This document shows, one piece after another, positions 37,804-46,444 of a DNA stretch of 64,000 nt (the stretch's first letter is position 1; every line of letters begins with the position of its first letter). This DNA comes from an uncultured bacterium (GTDB lineage: Bacteria; Acidobacteriota; Thermoanaerobaculia; Multivoradales; JAHZIX01). The notes under the pieces were generated by a model. The model did not search any database and was not told the DNA's origin. It worked only from the letters and a program-made list of their open reading frames with translations. The position numbers and the translations under genes are program-made. The DNA lies in the NCBI GenBank assembly GCA_965368975.1, contig CBDUPA010000015.1, positions 108,778-172,777 on the forward strand, read 5' to 3'.

Positions 37804-39603
37804 CTACTCCTGCTTGCGAAGCAAGCGCGGTCCGCGCGGTCCGACACGACCTTCGACCAGGACGCGCGGATCGGGCACGCGGGTGATCGGGATGTGCTGG
37901 TAGGTGTCTTCCACGATCTTGCGCAGCACGTGCTGTGCCGCGGCGATTCCACCTTCCTGCCAGCCGGGAATCACGCTCAGCTGATCGCCGCAGATGAAGA
38001 AGTCGTTGTCCCCTTCGAGCAGCGTGTTGTAATGGCGCACAGCATCGTCGACCACCGTCCAGTTGGCCCAACCACCGCGCTGATAGGGCACATTCTGCCA
38101 GGCGACGGTGAGGCCGTGCTGCAGACCTGCGGCGAACTCGCCACCGGCGAGGTTGCCGGCTTCGGCGCGAGCTCGGTCGAGACGCCACTGCGGGTCGTGA
38201 TTGCCGTACTCGGTGGCGTTGTCACCGAAATTGTAGGCACCAGTGAGCACGCCGAGTTCGGCCTGGTACTCACAAGACGGGTACCAGATCTGGGTGATTG
38301 ACTCACTGGTCCAGGAGATACCGCCGAAAATCGGTACGACGCGCTCGGGCGGCTTGTGGCTCTGCCACAGATCGCGCTTGGCCTGCCAGCCGACCTTGCA
38401 GGTGGGATCGAGAAAGCCCTCGCTGTCGAACACGGCTTGCAGCGACTCGCGGTAGCGGTCGTCGAAGAAGCTCAGGTTCAGGCCCGCCTTCTGCAGCAGC
38501 GGGATCGGCATGTTGCTGACGCAGATGTCAGCGATCTCGGTCTCGATACGACCTCCCCGCTCGTACTCGACGACGAACTTGCCGTCCTGCTTGGTGATCC
38601 GGCGTACCGGCGAGTTCAGTCGGATACTGCCGCCGCGTCGACCGACCTCGCGAGCAAACGCCTTGACGATCATGTCCATGCCGCCGACCGGCTGGAACAG
38701 CGTGGGTTGCCAGAAGAAGTCCTGCGGTTGGTAGAAGCGCGTGCCTTCCCAGAAGTCGGAATCGAGGATGTCGTCGAAGTGCAGCGGATCGACCGGAATG
38801 CCTTCTTCGACACCGGGCAGTTTCTTGTAGCCGGGGCGCGCCAGGTCGTCGTTGGCGCGACCGAAGTTTGCGTAGACGAGTTTGCCGGCTTGATCCTTCG
38901 TCACGTACCGGCCGTGATCGTCGAGCATGCCGAAGGTGACCAGCAGGCTGCGCAGCGCGTCCGTCTGCTCCGCGGCCACGCAGCTCTCGGCGCACTTGTA
39001 GAGGTACTCGGAAATGTAGCCGCGCACATCATGCGCCAGGTGACGATCGATCTGCGTCCGGCCCCCGAAGCCCCCCTCCTGGTACATCAGATTGGAGCGG
39101 GTCTCCATCACATAGACCTCGATCTCAACCGCCAGCTGCTTGCAGTAGTGCAGCAGGTGGATGTGCGCCGACGGGATGCGTCCCGGACCGGCGTTGAGAT
39201 AGGGCGGATACGACTCCCCCAGCTCGTTGTCGAAGGTGCACGTCTGCGGCGGGTACTTGTCCTCGATCACCTTGTCGCCGGGACGCACGGTATGACTGCG
39301 GCCGCCGACACGGTCGTTGGCTTCGAGCACGGTCACCCGGTAGCCGCTGCCCGGTGCCAGCAGTTCGTAGGCGGTCGTGAGACCCGAAATACCAGCGCCC
39401 AGGATGACCACCTTGCGACCTTCTCCGTAGCCTTCAGGAACCTTCAACTGCCCCGGCGCGTACGGTCGGTGCTCCTGCGCTTGCGCGGATGTCGCGCCCA
39501 GCAGCTCCAACGCCTGCGTCAGGGCCAAGCCGCCGCCGGCCATGGCAAGGCCTTCCAGGAAATGACGCCGGGATAGTCCCGGGCCGTGCTTCCGGTCACT
39601 CAT
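37804..39603 (-). CDS. Tat-exported flavin monoamine oxidase / L-amino-acid oxidase family protein
   Basis: SRRHFL twin-arginine signal; VVILGAGISGL, LEANDRVGGR, NAGPGRIP, QPVGGMD and CGDQLS...GWQEG. Confidence 0.88.
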   Translation of the reverse strand: MSDRKHGPGLSRRHFLEGLAMAGGGLALTQALELLGATSAQAQEHRPYAPGQLKVPEGYGEGRKVVILGAGISGLTTAYELLAPGSGYRVTVLEANDRVGGRSHTVRPGDKVIEDKYPPQTCTFDNELGESYPPYLNAGPGRIPSAHIHLLHYCKQLAVEIEVYVMETRSNLMYQEGGFGGRTQIDRHLAHDVRGYISEYLYKCAESCVAAEQTDALRSLLVTFGMLDDHGRYVTKDQAGKLVYANFGRANDDLARPGYKKLPGVEEGIPVDPLHFDDILDSDFWEGTRFYQPQDFFWQPTLFQPVGGMDMIVKAFAREVGRRGGSIRLNSPVRRITKQDGKFVVEYERGGRIETEIADICVSNMPIPLLQKAGLNLSFFDDRYRESLQAVFDSEGFLDPTCKVGWQAKRDLWQSHKPPERVVPIFGGISWTSESITQIWYPSCEYQAELGVLTGAYNFGDNATEYGNHDPQWRLDRARAEAGNLAGGEFAAGLQHGLTVAWQNVPYQRGGWANWTVVDDAVRHYNTLLEGDNDFFICGDQLSVIPGWQEGGIAAAQHVLRKIVEDTYQHIPITRVPDPRVLVEGRVGPRGPRLLRKQE

Positions 39604-39925
39604 GACGAGCCTCCTTCAAACTGTACCTAGTGGGTGTTGAGGAGGATTGTAGCGCAACTGCAGCTGAGCGCCTCAAAGGAACCGGACTCTCTCAACAAGG
39701 AAGACAGGTGGTGGAGAACGGATCGCCGTAAGACAGAACTCGATCGGTACAGCTGTTAGGAGCTCACCGGTCACCCCACAGGCAGCCGGCGCAGGTCTTT
39801 AGCCAGCTGACGGACCGCCGTAGTAACACGGTAGCCTAGTAGTCGGCAGTTGGTCCTTGATGCAATTGATCGCTGCGAGATCTTTGAGTCCCAGACTCTT
39901 GGCTGGCCCCAGCAACGATGATGCC

Positions 39926-40792
39926 TTACCCTCGGAACTGGTCGAAGAATGATCGCTCGACCTCGAATACCCGGACCGGCGATAGCCCAAGTTCAAGCTG
40001 TTCGAGCATAGTGATCAACTTCTCACTGTCTACAAGTTCGATCGGCGGTGCCCCCTCCCGCACTGCTTCACGCTTTGCTTCTGACGTGAACGAGCCGGTT
40101 GTCAAGATAATCCCCTTGTCGGCTCGCCCTGTCATAGCTCCACGAAAGTCACGAACCTGGGAAGGGCTGACTGATCCCGAGTAACGCTTGCACTGAAAGA
40201 GAACTCGAAAGCTCACCAAGGGATTGACCTGCAGAATGCCAATGCCATCGATTCCACCGTCTCCAGATCGACCCGTGACGGTTACCTCTTCGAATCCCGA
40301 TTCGCGAAGGAGTCGTTGACAGAATCTCTCGAAGCCCCCAGGATGCATTTCTCTCAAAACTTCGAGTACTTGTTGGCGATGGCCTAGAGCCTCAGAATCA
40401 CCATTTTCACCAGAATCATCGACATCCTTGACACTGGACTCCGAAGCAGAGCGTGAACGCGGAAACTCTGATTGAACATCTCGAAAGATTCCCAGAGCTT
40501 GTTTTCTGGAGAGCGGATGAGCAGCTCGCCCCGCATCGGCCAACGTCCAGACACCACGGCGAGAGGAATCGATCAAACCTGCCTTTGCCAGGTAGAAGCG
40601 AGCCCAGGCAACCTGGTTATCGAACCGGCTGGTGCCACTGCTCATGATCTCCGCTTGCTCCTCCTCAGAGATTCCCAGGCTAGCTACAATCTGCTCGCGG
40701 ACCTCCGCAGGGCGAGCCGACCCCCCCAGGTCTACCAACGCTGAAAGTACTGGCCCGAAGTATCGAACAAATGCGGGACCTGTCGATGCCAA
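39926..40792 (-). CDS. mrr: Mrr-family (type IV) restriction endonuclease
   Basis: N-terminal RFDNQVAWARFYLAKAGLI...RGVW; catalytic FERFC, SGDGGIDG, QCKRY and VRDFRGA; GGAGG RBS before TTG 40792; visibly more AT-rich than its neighbours. Confidence 0.92.
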   Translation of the reverse strand: MASTGPAFVRYFGPVLSALVDLGGSARPAEVREQIVASLGISEEEQAEIMSSGTSRFDNQVAWARFYLAKAGLIDSSRRGVWTLADAGRAAHPLSRKQALGIFRDVQSEFPRSRSASESSVKDVDDSGENGDSEALGHRQQVLEVLREMHPGGFERFCQRLLRESGFEEVTVTGRSGDGGIDGIGILQVNPLVSFRVLFQCKRYSGSVSPSQVRDFRGAMTGRADKGIILTTGSFTSEAKREAVREGAPPIELVDSEKLITMLEQLELGLSPVRVFEVERSFFDQFRG

Positions 40793-40868
40793 TTTCCCTA
40801 CCTCCACTTTACAGTTATGCGGGCGCCGAGCTGAGGCGAGTTCGCCTCCCAAAATCCACTTCGGCTAT

Positions 40869-41234
40869 TCACTCTCCGTCGCGGTGCACGGTGTCCGGCG
40901 AGAAGGCCGGCAGGCACACCGCGACGTACTCGGCACCACCCTCTTCCGGGCTGCTGTAGCGCACCCACTCACCCGGCTTGGCAACCACCGCCTGGCCGGC
41001 ACGCACGTCGAGGCTACCGCCCTCGTACTCGACGCGCAGCATGCCAGCCAGCACGACGGTGATCTCTTCGAACTCCGGACGCTGACCGGGCTCGACCCAG
41101 CCCTGCGGCGAGGTCATGCGAGCCACACTGACCGTCTCGTGCCCACTGTTGACACGACCGGCGAACTCTTCGATCTTCTTCGGCTTGTTGCCGGCGGCGG
41201 CGATGACAGTCGGGGCTTCGATCAGCTGCGGCAT
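40869..41234 (-). CDS. Cupin-domain protein
   Basis: GNKPKKIEEFAGRVN, GWVEPGQRPEFEE, GEWVRYS and AFSPDTVHRD; AGGAG RBS. Confidence 0.85.
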   Translation of the reverse strand: MPQLIEAPTVIAAAGNKPKKIEEFAGRVNSGHETVSVARMTSPQGWVEPGQRPEFEEITVVLAGMLRVEYEGGSLDVRAGQAVVAKPGEWVRYSSPEEGGAEYVAVCLPAFSPDTVHRDGE

Positions 41235-41348
41235 GGGGTGGTCTCCTGGATGGTCGTAGGTTGCCAGGGCTCAGGATACCAAGGACGGTGAGACTCAGGA
41301 CGACAGGACTCAAGGACAGCGATACCCAGAACAGCCAAGAAAGCAGAT

Positions 41349-41378
41349 AGCGCCGGCAGCCCGCAGACCACCGGCGCT
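41349..41378 (-). terminator. Possible hairpin terminator after the GPI-PLD-like gene
   Basis: 8-bp stem AGCGCCGG / CCGGCGCT just past the stop codon; the U-tract is weak. Confidence 0.35.
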
Positions 41379-41386
41379 GGCTAGGC

Positions 41387-43861
41387 TCAGTCGAGCTCAG
41401 GGGATACCTGGAAGCTCGGGACCTCGCCGCCGAGGGTGGCGGTCTTGGACGAACGCGGGGCCGCCACCAGTAGGCGAATCGCCGTGCCATCCCGCGCGAC
41501 GGTGGCCGTGCTGCCTAGCCGCGCCCGCTTCTCACCGGAGAACTGCCGCCAATTCGCCGTGGCCGCGCCGACGGAGCCGGTGGGAAAGGACGCTCCACCG
41601 AACCAGGCATAGACGGCACCGGCATCGATACCCGCCTCGGTCCAGCGCTGCGGCTCGGTGATCAGGAGGTCGTCGCGGCCGTCACCGTTCACGTCGGTCA
41701 GACCGAGGCGCCAGCCGAAGCGGGCGAGATCCTGATCACCGCTGATGTGGGTGACGGCGGCGATGCGGTCGAGGCGTTGGTCGCCTCGCAGGTCGCCGGT
41801 CTCGAGGAGCCAGACCGCTCCTCGCTGCGGTTCGCTGGGTTCGAAGGCCGACGGGGAGGGCGCGGCGACGGCCAGCACCGGACCGGTACCGGGATTTCCG
41901 AAGGCCAGTGCCGACCCCAGCCCACCGTAGCGGCTCTGGCCGCGCAGTGTGAACCCCAGTCGCGGTTGCCTGGGATCGCTGAGGTCGTAGCCGTAGACGG
42001 CTCCGGCGGCCTGGCGTTGACCCGGCAGCCACTTGCTGCCGGGAGCACCGACCACCAGCCGTCGCGGCTGCCCTGGGGCGTCGATCAAGGCGGTGGTGGC
42101 ACCGAACCAATCGGTCGGGTGCTCGCCGCTGAGCGTCCAGACCGGGGCCAGTTGTGCGCCGCCTTCGACCGCTGAGGACGCGAGGTAGACGGACACCTGC
42201 CCGGCCTGCCGGCCACCACGCGGGTGGTCCGCCTGCGGCGCCCCGACCACCAGGTCACGGTAGCCGTCACCGTCGACATCGAGCCCGTTGAGGTGCCAGC
42301 CGAAGTTGGCGCGATCTCGCTCGGGCGCCAAGATCAGCCCTGGATCCGGGGCCAGCCCCCTGGCGGTGCCGAAGTAGACGTACACCTTGCCACGGTATTG
42401 CAGACGACTGGCACCGGTGGTGGGTGCCCCGACGGCCAAGTCATCGCGGCCGTCGGCGTTCAGATCGACCACCGCCAGGGCCCAGCCAAAGCGAGCGTGG
42501 GGCTCGTGCCCGACCAGGTCGATCGGCCCCTCGATTGGTCCCTCGATCAGGGCGTCGACCGAACCGTCCGGGAAGACCGAGCGTACCTGGACGCCACCAA
42601 CCTGGGCTTGCTGCGGCAGCGAGTAGCCCGGTACGCCGATCGCTACCTGCGTTCGGCCACCGAAGCGGCCGGTGGCCAGAGCCGTGCCCGTGTATCGGTA
42701 GGCGGCGTCGGTACCGGCCGGCACTCTCACGCTCAGGGACTCGGCGGCAGCGGTGCCCGCCGGTACGAAGCGCACGCCGCCCGCGACGGCAACCTGTTCC
42801 AGCTGGCCGGCAGTCGCGAGGACCTGTCGCCCCACCGTGCCGTCGAAGGTGAGGTCGTGGGTCGCAACAGCAGTGGTACTCGGAGCAGTACCACGCGCAC
42901 CCGAGTCGTAGTCTTCGCCTGCTACTCTTTCGGGGCAGTACAGGGCCCCACGAGATGCTTGTTCTGCCGTGGGTTCCTGCTCGAACAAGGCGGTAAGTCG
43001 CGGCCAGAACTCCGCGATCAGGACGGCGCTGTTGTCGGTGCCGCCGGCAAAGTAGTCCTCGAAGCGCTCGACGAGGAACGGAGACCTCTTGACGAACTCA
43101 GGGTAAACGTCCCGGTAGAAAATCTCCTGCAGCGTCGAGCTGGTTTCCACCCTGCGGAACGCGATCACGGCAGCGCTCATCAGCTTGGTCGCCTGCACCA
43201 ATTGATCCCGAGTCACCCCGTAATTCCTGCCTTCTCGGCGGCCCAAGGCCTCGTAGACCTGCTCGATGTCCTGCATCGGAAAGTAGAACGCATCGGTGGC
43301 CCAGCGTGGATCGTTCTGGTAGATGTCCACGACCATGCCACCCGCGTCACCAATGTCGTGGGCCCTCCTCGGATCCGAGGGTGGATACTGCGGCTGATTG
43401 TCGTAGCTGCGCAGGCTGTAGGTCTCGCTGAAGTCCTGGTTGGACATCGCCTGCAGGAACCCGGGCAAACCGCCGCCACAATCGAGGTTGTGCCAGTAGA
43501 GGTCGCTGAGGCCGTGGGTCATCATCCCCAGAACGAACACCGCCAGCTTCTCTGTCGCTTCATCCCAAGGCTTCGGCTTTGATCGAAGCAGTCGGCTGGC
43601 TTCCTCCAGGAAGGGCGTCCAGTGGGCCGCTCCGCTGGCGTCTGGATTGACGCTCTCGGCAAAGCCCCAATCCGGGAAGATCGCCCCGGCCTGGAAGGCA
43701 TCCGGGTGCTTCAGCAGCAGCTCGCGCTGCGGGCTGTCGGCGCTCAGGGAGTAGAAGTGCAGCGCCCGGCGGGCGATCTCCACATGGTGCCCGATGCCAT
43801 TGGCCAGCGCGCACACCGGGGCGAGCAGGAGCACCAGGAGCAAGGTCGTCTTCCGGCTCAT
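41387..43861 (-). CDS. Secreted GPI-specific phospholipase D (GPLD1)-like protein: Zn-dependent phospholipase domain + FG-GAP/integrin-alpha beta-propeller
   Basis: ATG 43861 (ATGA overlap with the upstream gene); signal peptide; HVEIARRAL, FQAGAIFPD, HWTPFL, PWDEATEKL, THGLSDLYWH and AHDIGD; repeats FGWAL..VDLNADGRDDLAVGAP, DVDGDGYRDLVVGAP and DVNGDGRDDLL. Confidence 0.88.
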   Translation of the reverse strand: MSRKTTLLLVLLLAPVCALANGIGHHVEIARRALHFYSLSADSPQRELLLKHPDAFQAGAIFPDWGFAESVNPDASGAAHWTPFLEEASRLLRSKPKPWDEATEKLAVFVLGMMTHGLSDLYWHNLDCGGGLPGFLQAMSNQDFSETYSLRSYDNQPQYPPSDPRRAHDIGDAGGMVVDIYQNDPRWATDAFYFPMQDIEQVYEALGRREGRNYGVTRDQLVQATKLMSAAVIAFRRVETSSTLQEIFYRDVYPEFVKRSPFLVERFEDYFAGGTDNSAVLIAEFWPRLTALFEQEPTAEQASRGALYCPERVAGEDYDSGARGTAPSTTAVATHDLTFDGTVGRQVLATAGQLEQVAVAGGVRFVPAGTAAAESLSVRVPAGTDAAYRYTGTALATGRFGGRTQVAIGVPGYSLPQQAQVGGVQVRSVFPDGSVDALIEGPIEGPIDLVGHEPHARFGWALAVVDLNADGRDDLAVGAPTTGASRLQYRGKVYVYFGTARGLAPDPGLILAPERDRANFGWHLNGLDVDGDGYRDLVVGAPQADHPRGGRQAGQVSVYLASSAVEGGAQLAPVWTLSGEHPTDWFGATTALIDAPGQPRRLVVGAPGSKWLPGQRQAAGAVYGYDLSDPRQPRLGFTLRGQSRYGGLGSALAFGNPGTGPVLAVAAPSPSAFEPSEPQRGAVWLLETGDLRGDQRLDRIAAVTHISGDQDLARFGWRLGLTDVNGDGRDDLLITEPQRWTEAGIDAGAVYAWFGGASFPTGSVGAATANWRQFSGEKRARLGSTATVARDGTAIRLLVAAPRSSKTATLGGEVPSFQVSPELD

Positions 43862-45267
43862 GCCGCCACCGCGGCCTTGTCGGCGGTCACGTCGTCCGAG
43901 GCGGCGCCAGCGCGGCGCACGGACACCGCGACTCCGGCGACCTCGCACAGCTTCTTGCCATCCGCCGTGAAGGTATCGATCACGGTTTGGTCCAGACCGA
44001 TGCGCAGAGGAACGCCGCCGATCGTCGGCGTGATCTCGGGCAACTGAAACACCGGAATCTTCAGCAACGCGATCATGTTGACGATGAGGTTGGCGATCGG
44101 ACTCAAGAGCTCATCGACGATGCGTGACAGGAGCCGGTTGATGAATTCGGGCACCTCGTCGAACCGGAGGTCGATGTTCAAGCGCTGGGTCAGGCTGAAT
44201 TGATGGAAGCGCACCCAGCCCTCAGAGAGCAGGACCGAAGCCACGACCTGCGGCCTGGCCAGAATCGACAGACCCACGCGGACCCAATCCCACCACTTCC
44301 AGAAAGCCCTGATGCGGAAGCCTGCCCGACCTGAACCATAGGCCTCCAGGGATGCCAGGGTCTTGTTGCCGTCCTGCAGCGCGAAGCGAGGACTGCGCAG
44401 ACCGACGCTGAAGCTGGCGCGCCCTTCGATCCCCAACCCTGGCTCCCACTCTTCCTTGCCGTGGGCCTGCCCCGCCTGGCGCGTGTGCCGGAGAATGCTG
44501 GTCGCCGCGCCGTTGGCCACGGCGTCGTCGAAGTGCACGAAAACGCCCTTGCGGTTGCGCACGGTAATCCCCTCGGGCGCCTGCGTCGTCGACCCCTTGA
44601 GGGCCGCGTAGCCGGCAACCACGCCTTGGCTGACCCGCACGGCGGGCGCCGCGAACTCGACGCCCTCGAAGCGGATCGCTGGCAATTCGAAGCCCTTGCC
44701 GAGGTACTCATTGACCTTGGGCAGCAGTAAGGGAACAAGGTAGTCGTTGACCAGCCGTTCCAGCTCCGGGTCCGGCTTGCCGGTCAGCTGGACTCGGGCG
44801 GTCAGCGCCTGCGGCACCAGCCTCCAATCAGGCGTGAACTGGGCGACGGCACCGATCGAAACGGAGCCCTCGAACCGGCGCTCGGGCCGGCCGTTGATCG
44901 AAACACCCAGGATGACCTTGTTGGCCAAAACGTCGAAGCTGGCCCTGGAATCCACCATCCCGTCGATCAGCGAAGTCACGTCCGTCCCTTGCAACAACTC
45001 GGCGACGGCTGCCGCGCCAGCTTGCTCCGCCTGCGGCTGCGTCCAGCTGGCCAGCAATCCGGCCTTGTACTCGGCCACCAGCGCAGAGTTCTTGAACCGG
45101 AAGACGAAGGCCTGAGCCAGGTCGTAGGTCGCCTTGATCTTCAAAGGCTCGGTCACTTCGAGTTCGCCTTTGAGCGGAGCGTTGGGATAGATCTGAGCGT
45201 GGAGTTGCCTGGAAAGGTTGTTGAAACTCTCTTCTGTCGCGCCTGCTACCGCGTTGTACGTGGCCAT
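43858..45267 (-). CDS. Hypothetical beta-rich protein, possibly BPI/LBP (TULIP) fold
   Basis: GAGGAG RBS then ATG 45267; about 469 aa; two halves each with a strand-helix opening, long alternating strands and a closing amphipathic helix; no signal peptide. The CDS is well supported, the fold is a guess. Confidence 0.6.
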   Translation of the reverse strand: MATYNAVAGATEESFNNLSRQLHAQIYPNAPLKGELEVTEPLKIKATYDLAQAFVFRFKNSALVAEYKAGLLASWTQPQAEQAGAAAVAELLQGTDVTSLIDGMVDSRASFDVLANKVILGVSINGRPERRFEGSVSIGAVAQFTPDWRLVPQALTARVQLTGKPDPELERLVNDYLVPLLLPKVNEYLGKGFELPAIRFEGVEFAAPAVRVSQGVVAGYAALKGSTTQAPEGITVRNRKGVFVHFDDAVANGAATSILRHTRQAGQAHGKEEWEPGLGIEGRASFSVGLRSPRFALQDGNKTLASLEAYGSGRAGFRIRAFWKWWDWVRVGLSILARPQVVASVLLSEGWVRFHQFSLTQRLNIDLRFDEVPEFINRLLSRIVDELLSPIANLIVNMIALLKIPVFQLPEITPTIGGVPLRIGLDQTVIDTFTADGKKLCEVAGVAVSVRRAGAASDDVTADKAAVAA

Positions 45268-45427
45268 GCTCTTCTCCTCGTACCTGCACTCCTCGTCGAG
45301 CACGGGGAGACACAGGGAGCCTCGGGTTGTCTCTTGCAGTCATCCTCCGACGCTCGCAGGAAGCTGAAGAGTCTCGACCCAAGGCTGTCGCCAGGCGCGG
45401 CAACCTCTCACCGTCTTTGCAGGCCGC

Positions 45428-46414
45428 TCACTTCTCGTCGACCCAGGTCTGCCCTGCCTTCTCGACTTCACTGTCCCAGCCGCGCCGTGTGTCGTGGGTT
45501 TCCTCGTCGCCGCCGTTGACGCGGATCTTCCAGGTGGTGTCGCTCTTCATGTGGCCTTTGCCCGGCAGACAGGTGACTTCGATGTCGACCACATCACCCG
45601 CAGCCACCTCCACGGGTGCGTGTAGGGGCAGGCGCGGACGGCCCCAGTGGGTGTCAGGGGCTTCGGGGCCGGTGGACAGTTCGACGCCACCGCCCAGATC
45701 ACTGGTGAACCAGAGCACGAAGGCGTTGAGACGACCCGCACGCTGGACCTCGAAGCTGGCACGGCCGTGGTAGGGCTGGCGCGACTCCGTGGCCGAGAAG
45801 GTATGGCAGTCGTGGCGCCACAGCTGGCTGGCGGGGGCCAGGAGTTCGGACGCCGGACTGGGCCGGCCCGGACGCTGGACGTTCTCGCACAGGACGTCCG
45901 CCATGCGGCCGAGCTCGACGCCGTAGGGCTGACCGCGCCAGAACTCCATGTCTTCGTGGAACTGGGCATTGTCGACCGGCGCGATGTAGACCGTGCAGTC
46001 GGCCGGCATCATGGCGCCGCCGGGCTTCAGGTACTTGTCGCGCGCGTCGAGCATGGCGGGCAGCATGTTCTCGTCGACGCCGTAGGTCCCCATCCACTCG
46101 GAGACGATCAGATCGACCTTGCCCGGCAACTCGACCTCGGACGCATCCGCTTCGAGCACCTCGATGCGGTCACTCAGGCCGTTGTCGGCAATGAAGTGAC
46201 GGGCCAGCTGAGCCATGTGACTGATCTCGACGGCGTAAACTTTCTCGGCCCCAGCGCGGGCCGCGAAGATGCTCAGCAAGCCACTGCCGGCACCGACGTC
46301 GAGCACGGTCTGCCCCGGCTGGACGACCGCGTTCAGGGCCTGCTGGAACGCTTCGCAGCGGGCGCGGTCGCGCAGCATGATCAGGTGCATGACAATGGAG
46401 GCGTAGTGGTACAT
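45428..46414 (-). CDS. PRMT-type (eukaryote-like arginine) SAM-dependent methyltransferase
   Basis: MLRDRAR, VLDVGAGSGLLS, VYAVE, double-E loop SEWMGTYGVDE, YLKPGG and THW loop (PDTHW); GAGGAG RBS. Confidence 0.9.
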   Translation of the reverse strand: MYHYASIVMHLIMLRDRARCEAFQQALNAVVQPGQTVLDVGAGSGLLSIFAARAGAEKVYAVEISHMAQLARHFIADNGLSDRIEVLEADASEVELPGKVDLIVSEWMGTYGVDENMLPAMLDARDKYLKPGGAMMPADCTVYIAPVDNAQFHEDMEFWRGQPYGVELGRMADVLCENVQRPGRPSPASELLAPASQLWRHDCHTFSATESRQPYHGRASFEVQRAGRLNAFVLWFTSDLGGGVELSTGPEAPDTHWGRPRLPLHAPVEVAAGDVVDIEVTCLPGKGHMKSDTTWKIRVNGGDEETHDTRRGWDSEVEKAGQTWVDEK

Positions 46415-46444
46415 GAGATCTCCTCGGTAAAGACTCGGCAGAGT

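Noticed and set aside
39750-40825. Possible integron attC sites around mrr (GTTAGGA near 39755, GTTATGC near 40814)
   Set aside because: The orientation does not fit a cassette carrying a minus-strand gene, no paired R''/L boxes were seen, and there is no integrase.
41014-41490. ORF containing a hydrophobic stretch (YLLSWLFWVSLSLSPVVLSLTVLGIL)
   Set aside because: It overlaps two real genes in another frame and has no start or RBS for a separate small protein; the hydrophobicity stems from degenerate AGGAC-type repeats.
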